The notes below the pieces were generated by a model that was not told the DNA's origin, made no database searches, and saw only the letters and a program-made list of their open reading frames with translations. The translations under genes and the position numbers were made by a program. From Isurus oxyrinchus (taxonomy: Eukaryota), in contig JANJGN010000105.1 in the NCBI GenBank assembly GCA_026770705.1, forward strand, positions 1,364,001 to 1,428,000: 64,000 nucleotides of DNA. Reading direction: 5' to 3'. Positions 27,150 through 38,690 of the stretch are shown in pieces (within the stretch, counting starts at the first letter, position 1; every line of letters starts with the position of its first letter).

Positions 27150-27794
27150 TTATCGATTTAGTCGATGCATGGCTTTAAATAAAAACATTGACGTCCAGAG
27201 GCAGCATTGATAATTAGGCGACTATATAATGAAGCCAGATAGGATCATTGTTTCCTTGGGAAGTCATGCGGGAGGAACATTTCAAAATATTGCCGGTTAT
27301 AACTGTGGGCAAAGTTTGAATGATTTATGTTACTGCGCTTTAGGAAGGAACGAACGGAGAGAGATAAATGTTGGTGCTTTTTTGATGAAATCCTTGGGCT
27401 GGCAGATATATTTCCATCCCTACAATTTATGATTTGGACTATTTAGAAGCTTTTTAAATTTCAATGTGATGTCATCACACGTTCCCACTACAAACACCAT
27501 TAGAAATTGTTTATTCATTTTGTAGCTTCCGACTCCTATTATATCTTCCCGAAACTAATGCAATCTTCAAAGCTTTAAATGCCCAGTGCAGATAACTGCT
27601 AACAACAGTTGCGAGGTCACACACCATGTGTCAGGAGTGAGTAGTTGGTGCAAATTAGAATAATTGTAAAATGAAGCCAAAGGGAGTCTGCTGGTCTGCT
27701 TGAGAGGAGGAAGGAGCTGCAGAAGATGAGTCACCTCACAAGGGAATGCATAAAAAGCTTGTGACGCCTCTTTTTAAGTAGTGATGGCTGCTCT

Positions 27795-27867
27795 CACTGG
27801 GCAGCTCTTTCGTTAGGGCACCAGAATTTTAATCTGAGCGTTCAAGTGATAAGTCCATGTCTGGCTG
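27795..27867 (+). pseudogene. tRNA-Lys(TTT)-derived pseudogene
   Basis: agctc..tcgttagggcaccagaattttaatctgag...aagtccatgt aligns with AGCTCAGTCGGTAGAGCATCAGACTTTTAATCTGAG...AAGTCCCTGT. Confidence 0.65.
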
Positions 27868-28409
27868 TTCACTTTCGGCTTAAGATGTTCACGCCCGGTG
27901 AAACGACCAAATGAAACAGCCTTGGACGCTGAATTCTTCACGGGGAGCTGAGGAACTGGCAGCGTTACTTTGATTTCCAACAAAGGATCCACTCTCTTGC
28001 AATTGTGGTAGCCTCGATCAATTTAAATTCTTCCTGGGTTTCCAGGTACTCCTTGTGTGAAGAGTGCTTCCTGACATTCCTCTTGCTTGGCTGGCACCTG
28101 CGCTGTGGAACTGTGACCAAAACAAAAAGTCAACATTCAACCCCATTCTTCCTGCCGGGTGAAATGGCTTCTCCGTGTTTAAACTAACAATTCACTTTAA
28201 CAGGTTAGAAGCCTCGATCAGATCATTCTTCTATAATGATGAGAATAGAAAAAACAGTTAATCCCTGAAAATAAAACTAAAGATTTTGTAAGGATCGTGG
28301 AGATGGCCGGTGGATTGATTGAGGCGAATTTCTCCTTCAACGAGCCAGCACTGACAGGATGTTCCAAATAGCCTATTTATCGGCTGACCCCATTGTATGC
28401 TAATACGAA

Positions 28410-28720
28410 TCATGGATGATGAAATTTAACTCCAGATGTAACCTGCTGAACTCCAGAGCCCACTGGTCAAAGAGTGCTCCTTCCTTTCCTAGCTTAGCAT
28501 AATCCTGATGTATCTTCTGAGCAGTGTCTGCAACAACATGAGAAATCGGGACAGGTGTGTCATGTGTCTCACGGCTTCACAAACTGTGCAGAACTTCTTG
28601 GTTGAATGTCCACCTCAATTGCTCCTTCCTCAAAATTCTTATTTCGTGCTGCCCTACAGCCCCGTAACAGATGAAGAATTCTCAATGAACTTACAGCAAA
28701 ATAGTGAAATACGGTTCAAA
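28410..28720 (+). repeat. Unclassified ~300-bp local repeat, copy 1 of 3 (others 31190-31500 -, 51370-51660 +)
   Basis: Shared core aacatgagaaat.gg..caggtgt..atgtgt.tcac.gcttc. Confidence 0.7.
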
Positions 28721-29689
28721 ACATAGCTGTTTGTGACTTAGCAGTGAGGTAGACTGGGTCATGTCTTACATATAGTCATGCAGACGATCCTGAGTTCAGA
28801 TTTGAATGGTGCTGTTATTTACTTAAAATTAATCAGGCAAAGAGCTGAACATTTTCAGGTCGTGAGGAAGCATATAGAATGAATGTGAACATAAAGAAGC
28901 ATAACAGGATCGAAATTCCCTTTGAAAATAACGTGCACCGGTATGCTTATGTATCGCACCCTTTTCAGTTCATCCCAATGCACCAGTGGGTTTGCCATAT
29001 TACGTGATTGATAACTGCTTTGTGGTCAGGTCAGAAGTCGTGCACGATATAACATTTTCTTTTCCTCTCTGTCTTTATCCACTGCATGCACTTACACAAA
29101 GAGGGGCACCATGGATCAATCTACGAACGTCTCAAGGGATTTGAGACTTTTTTCCAGAAAAAAAAAACAAGATTTTAAAGACATCTCAATCAACCACTAA
29201 TTTTGTAAAAACAGATGTTTTTCTCCGCTTTCTCTGCCATTTTCTTTTCCTGTTATCCGTCGCACACACTTAAAAAAAAAAACGATATTACGGGTACATT
29301 TACGAAAGCCTTACGAGATTTCAGAGGTAAAGGGTGAATGGGAGAATAGACAAGCAGATGATTTTTTTTTACTATATGGATATAAATATAAAAGGTTACG
29401 AAAACAGGAACGGGCCGAATAGGGACTAAAACGGAATTTCACGCCTCGAACCAGATGATTATACCGTGTTTGCCAAGAAAGAAAAACACGGCCAAAGGCA
29501 GAATGAAACTCGAGGTAGTTGTGAAATTGGATGGACGACAATTGTAGACAGGGGAGGCATTAGAAACCTGGCTTTACTTAAATGTTGATAATTCACCTGG
29601 ATTAGTTCAGAGGCAGGGTGTTGAGGAAAGAAAGTTTGGAAATTGTGGAGGGTAGTGGGCCGCAAATTTCCAATCCTGCTTAGTTATAA

Positions 29690-30370
29690 CGGACGATGCT
29701 AGAGAATTTTAGAATTGCAAATGTTATACCATTCTTCACAAAATTTAACTAATTATCATTTTGTAAACCACACACGCACCAATTTAAACTCAAGTGGTGG
29801 AAGAGCTTTTGGAAACGATATCCAGAGACAAAATGTATTACCACATGGATAAGAGCGGATTCTTTACGGAAAACATGCCTGAATGTGTTAAAAGTAGATT
29901 GCATTCAGTTAGCTTGATTGTTTTGGGAAGAAGACTGTCAGTGGAGCATAGGTACAAAGTCAGCTGAACAGGAGGAAACAAAGAGCCGCGGTGAATTGCT
30001 ATATAATGGGATTCTCCAGCCATCAGCAGTGCCATTGATGCTGTTTTTTCTTCAACACAGGACCGAGGCGTCAACGTGGAGGACACCAATTCAATATGTG
30101 TGGATGACGCAAAACACAGAAGTGTTGTAAAATTCAGAGGAGGATAATAATAAACTTCCAGAGGACACAGGTAGGCTGATGGAACAGATGCCATGAAGTG
30201 ATATTTAATGCGGAGAATAGTGAAGTTGTACATTTTTTCAGGTAGAGTGAGGAAAGGTGATATAAGCTATACTAGTCAATGCTAAATGAGATACAGGAGC
30301 TGAGGGGGCTGGAGAAATGGCTGCACCAACCATTGAAGTTGGCACCGCATGTCGGGACGTTAGTTAAATT
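29690..30370 (+). mobile_element. Decayed CR1 RT fragments
   Basis: Degenerate CR1 ORF2 sequence (ANVIPFF; DDAKH; KLPEDTGRL). Confidence 0.55.
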
Positions 30371-31189
30371 AGTGACAGGTGATTCAGCGCAAAATCAAGT
30401 GGGTCCACCGACTGTGCGTTGGATTTTCAATTCACTCCCAGCATTCGGCGGAGTTACAAGGTGAGGGAACTGGATGATCTTTCTACCTGGCTTTCAGTCA
30501 GAGATTTGTTGTGTTTATAGCAAATATAGTAACAACTAACCTGCAGGAAAAAGAATCCAACCATAGTCGTCATGCATGCGTTGATCTCAGGGACAGTCGC
30601 TTGCAGAAACGCTTGACAGAAGAGAAGACAACACTGTGGAGAGTTCTCCCTGCTTTTCTCTAGTATTTGCGCTGTGCTGAGTGTTCTTTATAAGAAGTGA
30701 AACCGAATTAAATTTAATTCAAAAACGTTATACGGGGAAAGCATTAGTTTCTGAGTCAGTGAATTATTTGTCGCCGACAAATTTCTGGGCTGTGACGTAC
30801 CCTTTTGGACGACGCTTGTAAAGTACATGATTTCAGTGCCTCCAGCTGAACAGTCGATGCAGAGCCAGTCATTAAGGGTGTGGGGAGTACACAAAGAGCA
30901 GATATTTCAGGCACCAAATGAGCAATGGGCGTATTTCCTAGGTGGTGAGAAACAGGGGAACAAATTGATGCAAAAAGATTTGGGTTTTCAGGTGCACCGC
31001 TCACTATCCGCCAGTGCACATGTACAAACAATAATTTTAACATCTCAACTTCCAGGCTGTCATATCCGAAGTACCACTCATTCCAATAGATATTTACACA
31101 ACTGCCTTAAATTTGCTGCTACACGGATCTATGCAACAGGCATGAAAAGTACAAAGGAGTTTTGTAATGCAATGTCGTGAATTACATAG

Positions 31190-31500
31190 CATCATTTTGC
31201 TGTAAACATGATTGTACACCACTTCTGGGATCGCAAACGTATTAGGAATTCTTTATAAGTGATTGCGCTGTTTGACGATGCGAATTGAGAATTCTCAGGT
31301 TGGTACAATTGAGGCAGCAGATCAGCCTGAAAGTTCGTGAATTTTTGTGAAGCCGTGAAACACATAATACATCTGCCTCTATTTCTCATATTCTTACAGG
31401 CGCTGCTCAAATCACCAGGATTACATTGGCACTGGATTGGAAGCAATGATGATTCCGGAGTTTAGTTGGTCACTTTAGGAGTTCAGCTCTGATTTCTTAG
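31190..31500 (-). repeat. Unclassified ~300-bp local repeat, copy 2 (inverted)
   Basis: Reverse complement matches 28410-28720 (conceptual translation CKNMRNRGRCIMCFTASQ vs CNNMRNRDRCVMCLTASQ). Confidence 0.7.
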
Positions 31501-31960
31501 ATTTATATAATTACAGGAAGGGTAAAGCAGAGAAGGTGCCCGTCCTGTCTTTGCTGGCTCGCTGAAGGAAACATTCACCTAGTGTCGTTCTCTGCATCTT
31601 TTCTCCCCCCTTTTCAGAGATGCTACCTGTTTCTGATCTCTTGAGAAGGGTGGTCTGATCGGGGTTTCTACCCTGTTAGAACCTAGTGTCAGATTAAATT
31701 GGGAGAAACTGCACATGCCGGCGGGACGAATGGAGTTGAATCAGCACATAACGCTGGCACGGATTCACAGCGCCAGTGTCTCGGCCCACCAAGGGAAAAG
31801 TCCAGAAGAATTTATCACACTTAAAGCAGCTGGGAATCTAGAAATATTTCCTAAAAATGATCGTGGATGCTGAAATTTCGAGAAAAAAATCTATATTTTT
31901 TGCAAACCGATTAAACATATCAATCTCTTCTGTTCTCTTGAAAAAGTCAGCATTCTTTGA

Positions 31961-32298
31961 GTGGGCTTGGGGAAGATGTTTCCATTAGGAGGGGAGACTA
32001 GGGCCCGAGGGCACAGCCTCAGAGTAAAGGGAAGACCTTTTAGAAGCGAAATGAGGAGAAACTTCTTTAGCCAGAGAGCGGTGAATCAATGGAATTCATT
32101 GCCAGAGAAGGCAATGGAGGCCAGGTCATTGAGTGTATTTAAGACCGAGATAGATAGGTTCTTGATTGGTAAGGGGATCAAAGCTTACGTGGAGAAGGCG
32201 GGAGCATGGGGTTGAGAAACTTATCAGTCATGATTGAATGGTGGAGCAGACTCGATGGGCTGATTGGCCTAGTTTCTGCTCCTATGTCTTATGGTCCT
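31961..32298 (+). mobile_element. Relatively young CR1 3' end
   Basis: TRARGHSLRVKGRPFRSEMRRNFFSQRAVNQWNSLP...FKTEIDRFL, then a typical CR1 3' UTR ending ctcctatgtcttatggtc. Confidence 0.9.
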
Positions 32299-33199
32299 TG
32301 CTTTTTTAAACTGTCATTTCACTGGGACTACGCCCTTTGACCCAAAAGGCTGCACTTGGACTTGGTCTGGAGCAATGGGCCTTCAGAATAAATGCCTGAT
32401 GCTCTACCGACACGACTGTCCGGTCTGTATTGAACATGTTTCCCATCGCTGCCTTCACTGTCTAACAAGTGCCTTCACAGCGTTTATATTTTTCCCATTT
32501 CTTTCTTTGGTAATCTCTGCCTGCAGCGCATTTCCCTCACAGACAGACCGGCAGCCTCCCTTTGGCTTCATTTCACAAATCTTCCAACTTGCATCAACCA
32601 TTCATTTTAACCAGTGGAGTGTGACGTAACAATTGTTATCCTGGTCTGTGCAATGGACCTTCAAAGCCTTGAAGGGTGTATTTAATTCAGGGAGCTATTA
32701 TGTTGCAGAAATTGAAAACGGAAGCTCCAAAGGCACAGAGATGGATTTCTCGAACATGTAATCCATTTATTATGGTGTTTGTTTGGGCAAAGTGTGATAC
32801 TATTCCCTTGAAAGCAATACAGCTCATTCGGAATAATGTTTAAATTGTGTGAATCACTAAGTTTAGGGAAGTAAATGTATCTGCCAACCCCAGACCATCA
32901 TTAAAACGATCCACCATTTAACCCTACCCACTCTTTCTTGCATAACGTGCAGTAACATAAACCAGTGAATCTCCTCCCTTGGTCTGCTAAACCTGTAATA
33001 AAGCAAAGTGCTTCCTTAAGTAAACACCTCTAAGTGTAATGTTTGTCCATTCAGGCTTCTTAATATCGGCACATAAACGCAATTTTTTTTTCCGACATTG
33101 TTATGTTGATGTAACCTTCATAACATCTGCCTCCATGTTATTTCTTACTGGGTTTAACAGGTTTTGTTTCGTCACGTTTCTATCTTTGCCCCTTCATAT

Positions 33200-33500
33200 T
33201 ACATTTGGGCGGTTGCTATGCAACCAATCACAACCCCATCTGGACAAACGTTTTGATTCTTCACCATAACCATTACAACTCTCATTGGATGTTGCATCAA
33301 GAAACATGTTCTCCCCTTCCCTCCACCATCACAGACATTCGCCTTTGTACCTCCTGCCCTTTCCTGCTCTCCACGATTTTAATACTTGGTATATTTCTAT
33401 CTTTCTTCATTTCTGATGATAAGTCATCGACCTGCACATTTCACTCTGATACCTCCACTGGTGTCCCCGACCGCTGAGGATTTCCAGGATTTTTTAAAAA
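33200..33500 (+). mobile_element. Penelope-like element terminal fragment with decayed hammerhead core
   Basis: ttctgatga-taagtcatcgacct-gcacattt followed by ...ctgaggatttccag, typical of shark Penelope termini. Confidence 0.55.
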
Positions 33501-33755
33501 AATATTCCCATTAACCATGCTGCATTGATTTATTATCAGAAAGGTCAGTGGAATGAGATTCAATCTGAATTTAAAAATAACTAATTTACAGGGTGACTTG
33601 GAAACTTGATTGTGGACAAAATTGACAGCTCTTTCCAAGAACAGGCACGGAGTAGATTGGCTGACAGGCCTCCTTCTGAGCTGCAAGATTTGATGAATCA
33701 CGGCTTTAATTTCTGCGTTGACGGGGAGATTAGAAAATAGCTGAACACGTGAAGG

Positions 33756-34517
33756 TGATGAACGAACGGTTCCAGGTAATTGTCTGATGTTTTGTACCGA
33801 ACATGTAACACATGTAAGAGGATTTCAAGCACAACATAGGTCTACAAATTCCTGCTATATTAACTCCTAAAACCCTTAATTAACTTCGCTTCCCCATACT
33901 CTCCCGTTTGGTAAATAGTAAAAATAAATATATTTAAACCCTAGCAAGTCGACACAATACCCTGGGCAGAAGTATTCAAAGTGGCAATTCCAAGCTTCGG
34001 TCTGTGTAGACAGCAGGCTTAATGCACAAATACTGAAGGCTGTTTACACTTCCAGTCGACCTTAGAATGCCTTCCCTGTCATCGTTCTCCTTTATACATG
34101 TTTGTACTTTTTAATGTGAGTCCCATTGTTCCCATGTGTGTTTGGAACTTTACCTTTCTCATAATATGAATCATATTGCTAATCATAGTGCTAATATTTT
34201 CTGGAACCTTTGGGAAAAAATAAACATGCTGATTGGTTGCCTTCTCTGGCTAGGTGTAACATCCAACTTTCTCATTGAAATTTAAACCATTGTGATTTAA
34301 CTGCAAATTCTGCTCAGCTCACATTCTAAGACGTCAGCCATGTTTTCCCATTTAGCATTTAAAACCTAGCTTCATTGATGAGTTCAAGCCTCCAGACAAG
34401 CTGTCTCCAATTCAATTACATCCCCCACACACTCAGAGAAACTAATCAAATCCCACTATTACCAACTTTTACAATAAATCACAATAATGTGATGAGAATT
34501 ATGGTACGTTTGTGACA
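33756..34517. mobile_element. Solo LTR-like element
   Basis: Starts TGATGA and ends TGTGACA; AT-rich with no coding motifs; no TSD seen. Confidence 0.45.
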
Positions 34518-35244
34518 TCAGGGATTCCGTCCCTTAAGCTCTGAGCCCCTTTAACGCTCTCTTCTTTCAAACACTCGTTCAAATCTACCTATTTGGTCAG
34601 ACAGTTCGTCATTTTCCTAAGTAGCTCCATGTGAAGCTTGGTTTTAAATGTTGACATATAACACTCCTTTCAAGCACATTGGCAAGAGGAGGGGTGTGGA
34701 TTGTTATTTTGTGAAATGCAACAGATACATAGAAGATTCTGCTGTGTTGTTCAGTTCAGCGGGCTTCAAAATTAAATTGTGTGGATCCGTTAAAAGTTAA
34801 TATATCCCTCCGGTCAGAGCACGGGTTGTGGAATATTGATGAGGGTCACTGCTCAATCTGGGATGATGAGTTTTGTCTAACGTTGGCTCCCATTTTTAGC
34901 AACAGATACCGCAGGATATCCACATTCATCATGCCGGACCTCCACCCTCGATTTGTAATTTGGTAATTTCCATGAGGTGACCAGGAATGCACACAGTACT
35001 CAAATTGTGGCCTAACTAAGAATTGATAAAGTACCTCCATAACCTCCCTGTTAGTATGTGTTATGCTTCGTCGAATAAGCGAAATGTTTCTACTTGACTT
35101 CTTAAACAACTCATTGGCCTTTCAAGTAACATTCGGGAATCTGTAGAGATTCGATCCAATGTCCATTACTTCCTCTATACCTCCCAATACTCTCGTCATT
35201 TATTGTGTATTCCCTTCGACTTGTTTGATCTCCTCAGCTTTATT

Positions 35245-36162
35245 GGTCTAAATAGCCATGTGGTTATGGTACTGGGTTTGTAACCTCAAGAATTCAACTC
35301 TCACAATGGTAAACTTTGAAACAATGTAACTTCATCTGAATAGGAACAGATGGACATGTGTTTGTACTCGAAAGAGTTACATCTGCCTTTTAGATTTGGC
35401 CTATATATCCATGTGCTTGTGGTACTGGGCTTGTAACCCCAAGATCAAGAGTTCAAATCTCACCATGGCAAATTATGAAAGCATGTAACTTTCCCGTATA
35501 ATAAGAGGATGCATAGGTTCACGGACTTTCAGGACACGTTCGCTTTTTGCGGTCTTGTGGAGTCGATGGACCATGCATATATAGGGTGTTGTAGGCTGCA
35601 CTCCCTTTTTAGTTATTTGAAAAACCTTTTATTGATGTTTTGTTTGCACTTCAGCCCCATGCTCCTGATCTATGGGCACCCGGTGCGGAAGGGGGTCGGG
35701 AAGGAGGAGGATCTCCTCGTGAAACTGCTCCTGGGCCTGGCCAAGTTGGCCATTAACAGGTCCAGGCAGCGGGCAATCGACGGGGGAGTCCCGCCCGATT
35801 GTTTGTCCCTCTTCCGCGGCTACGTTCGCTGCCGGATGTCCCTGGAGAGGGAGCACGCGGTGTCTGCTGACACGCTCGAGGCCTTCCATGTTCAGTGGGC
35901 ACCGCGGGGACTGGGGTGTTTTGTTGAGCCCTTTAATCACATTTTGATTTAAAGTTTGTAAGGTTCCTTTAAATTTTGTCCTTGGTTTTACAGCTGACCT
36001 GAATTAGGAGCTGTGCCTGATTTATCCCAATTTTGTTGATTAAGTTCAATTGGTTTCATTTAAAAGATTATCAAGAGTTCATGTCTCACAATGGCAAATT
36101 ATGAAACAATGTAACTTCATCTGAAACAGATGGAAACGAGTTTGTACACGAAAGGGTTTTCC
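35245..36162 (+). mobile_element. Dimeric tRNA-Thr(TGT)-like SINE-type element carrying a Tx1 insertion, flanked by 10-bp TSD cagctttatt
   Basis: Unit 1 at 35245-35380; unit 2 at 35398-35491 plus 36070-36160. Heads resemble tRNA-Thr(TGT) (tagc.a.gtggtta..g.actgg.cttgtaa.cc, B box gagttcaaatc). Identical cagctttatt at 35235-35244 and 36163-36172. Confidence 0.7.
35492..36069 (+). mobile_element. 5'-truncated Tx1-clade non-LTR retrotransposon (ORF2 C-terminus with CCHC-type zinc finger + 3' UTR)
   Basis: PYNKRMHRFTD..TFAFCGLVESMDHAYIGCCRL...LLLGLAKLAINRSR...FRGYVRCRMSLE...WAP, stop at 35952, T-rich UTR. GC-rich and young relative to the flanks. Confidence 0.8.
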
Positions 36163-36679
36163 CAGCTTTATTACGTCGCTCTCCCCCGGTTTGAATTCCA
36201 TTTGGCACTTTTCTGACCATCTAACCAGTCAATTGATAACTTCCTGCTTTCAAACCTCCTCACTATCAAACACAACCACTGTTCTCGTTGCTTGACAACT
36301 TCATGGAGATTCCCCCTATATATTTTGCCAAATAGCTAATACGTGCCATGAAGAGCACGGCTAAATATGCATGTGGCTTTTTTTCAGGAGAGAAATCTGG
36401 TTCGTACAAATCCATCACCCAAACAGCCCGAACGCTGATGTTTTCAGGATTCACCTCGGTGCTCGGGCTCTCTTTAAAATGTAAGTTCTCCGTTCGCTCT
36501 GTCATACAGCATGATAAACAATTCCCAGTGATGTTTGCAGCAAAACAGTGCAGCGGATTGGAAAATTTTGCATTTTAACTGCCCATTGGTGACACATAAC
36601 AACCTGGGCTCAGAAATCAATGCCGCTCCGGTCTTATTCCAACCAATCTCGAACGCTTCGTTATGAAGGCAGCCAGAAG

Positions 36680-37400
36680 AGGGTAAACGCGAGTCAAAAC
36701 AAGAGTGAGCTCCCCCCACAATGTTGCTCTGGGACTTGGGAAGCGGCGCTGTTGCATAACTGTTAATCAGGTAAATACATCAATCACAGGGGCCGTTGGC
36801 CTGTTACATACCACTTTCCCAATTTGCTCTGATCGCCTTAAGTCATCGATTAAGGGCCAGGCGGAAATATATTTCAGTTCCCTGACATTGCAACTCCCCT
36901 GAATGATAGCATCAAATGCAAATTTCAACAGGCATTCGGTAATTTCTCGTTTAAGCCTCCGTCTTGCATTTACCATGAAATCCACAAGCTTCAATTCCAA
37001 AATCCTGGAGATACGGCAACATTTCGACGCTATTTTTACTTCAGTATTTGAAGTGGTTATTCTTATTAAATTTAGCATCGTTCTTAAGGCAGTTGTGAAT
37101 GAACAACTTGCACTGGTCATGCGCGACATGCCCATCATCCCAAGAAATAAATAGAAAAGAGATTGCATAGATATCAGCCTATTGATGACGGGAGATTTTG
37201 CAGCCGAAGGTTTGCTTTGGACAGATTATTTTCATCATTGACAAGAAGGAGAAGTTATCTGGCTGAACAGCTTTTTGAGGGTCGGATCATTCAGCAGCTC
37301 TGGGAGAAACATACACTCACAGCTCGCTGGTTACATGAAGTTTCAACTGGACAAACAGGAGTTCCAGACTGTGCACAATCAATCAGCAAGGAATAATGCT
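36680..37400 (+). repeat. tRNA-upstream unit, tandemly duplicated (copy 2 at 37930-38690; partial copy 3 at ~39140-39320)
   Basis: Shared blocks gccagg.ggaaatatatttcagtt, gaaataaatagaaaag, cagcct.ttgatg, gcagctctggg, tcagcaagga. Confidence 0.8.
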
Positions 37401-37462
37401 GAATCCTCCACTCACTGCCAGTTGAATTTGAAAACCAGATACTATAGTGGAATGCTTCAGCT

Positions 37463-37536
37463 GGCCGGTTAGCTCAGCTGGTTAGAGCGTGGTGCTAATA
37501 ACGCCAAGGTCGCGGGTTCGATCCCCGTACGGGCCA
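37463..37536 (+). tRNA. tRNA-Ile(AAT)
   Basis: GGCCGGTTAGCTCAGCTGGTTAGAGCGTGGTGCTAATAACGCCAAGGTCGCGGGTTCGATCCCCGTACGGGCCA; intact cloverleaf, A/B boxes, TTTT at 37542-37545. Confidence 0.97.
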
Positions 37537-37929
37537 ACGAGTTTTATTCGACTTCGAAGGAATTATTCACAGCCCTCTGCACGACAACAATAACTCGCTT
37601 CGCAACAATTTCACGCAAATACTGCATCTGTCAGCAAAGTTACCAAATTTCTCAATAGTTAGTCAGATACTGGCCAGGCCAAAAAGGCATTTGCTGCTTC
37701 GAGATGTCTTTTTAAAAAGCAGCACAATATACTCCTAATTTGTTGTTAATTGTTCTCAAATATGACCGGAACGAAGTAAAATACTGAACTGCGCAACGTC
37801 TACTTCATTGCTGAGCTACGTGTAAGCAACGGATAAACTAGGTCGCTGAGAAACCAATGTTTTCCCGTCTAACTTGTCGTAATTCCAATCTCTGTCTGAC
37901 AATGTAGCCACGAAGGCACCCAACAGAGG

Positions 37930-38690
37930 GTAAACCCAACGCAAAATAACTGTGAGCTCTCCCCACGGTTTAGTAGCTTTTCTGTATGACTGTTCCAGGG
38001 ATGGATTTGTAAATCACCAAGGGCAATCGGCCTGTTATTTGTTATCTCATTTACTGGTTCCGCAACTTGCTCTAATTGCCTAAAGCCGCTTACTGAGAGC
38101 CAGGTGGAAATATATTTCAGTTTCCTGCTCTTGCAACTTCCCCGACCTTTACTACCAAATTTAAAATTCAACAGGCTCTCGGTCATTTCTTGCTAAAGAA
38201 CCCGTCATAATTCGTAAACACTGTGACCGTCTTACTTCTCATTCGCAATTCAGTTCCAATTGCAAGCTTCACTTGCATCAACCAGAGGACAGGGCAACAT
38301 CTCAAAACTAATTTTACTTCAATGTTTGAAGTGCTTTCACTGTGTCAATGTAGCAATCCTTCTCAAGGCAATTTCGGATGAGCAACTTATACTGGTCGTG
38401 GAGGCATATCCATATCTCATGAAATAAATAGAAAAAGGGTGATTGGATAAGATGTCAGCCTGTTGATGGCGAGAGGTTTTTCAGCTTGAGGTTTGCTTTC
38501 AGCGGAATATTTTCAACATTCAGAAGGGGAGCGTTGAAGTTGCTGAGCAGCTTTGTGAAGATCGGAACAATGAGGCAGCTCTGGGGAAAACTCATTCCCT
38601 TCCAGCTCGCCGGTAACCTGAAGCCTTCAATTTACAAATACGGTAGTTCCAATGTTCCAGCTGGTGCGCGGTCAGTCAGCAAGGACTGAG
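37930..38690 (+). repeat. Second copy of the tRNA-upstream unit; no tRNA follows it
   Basis: Aligns with 36680-37400. Confidence 0.8.

Larger units (their letters stand above)
34965..36300 (-). mobile_element. CR1 fragment split by the composite insertion 35245-36162
   Basis: VLYQFLVRPQFEYCVHSWSPH on the left; CR1 sequence resumes at ~36175 (gaattccatttggcacttttctgacca). Confidence 0.7.

Noticed and set aside
28730-28815. Possible further tRNA-Thr relic (gtgacttagc...gatcctgagttc...ggtgct)
   Set aside because: Too degenerate with extra internal sequence; not listed as a feature
35245-35470. The two tRNA-like heads as functional tRNA-Thr genes
   Set aside because: Acceptor stems do not pair, both share a non-tRNA tail, and the block has a TSD, so SINE-like
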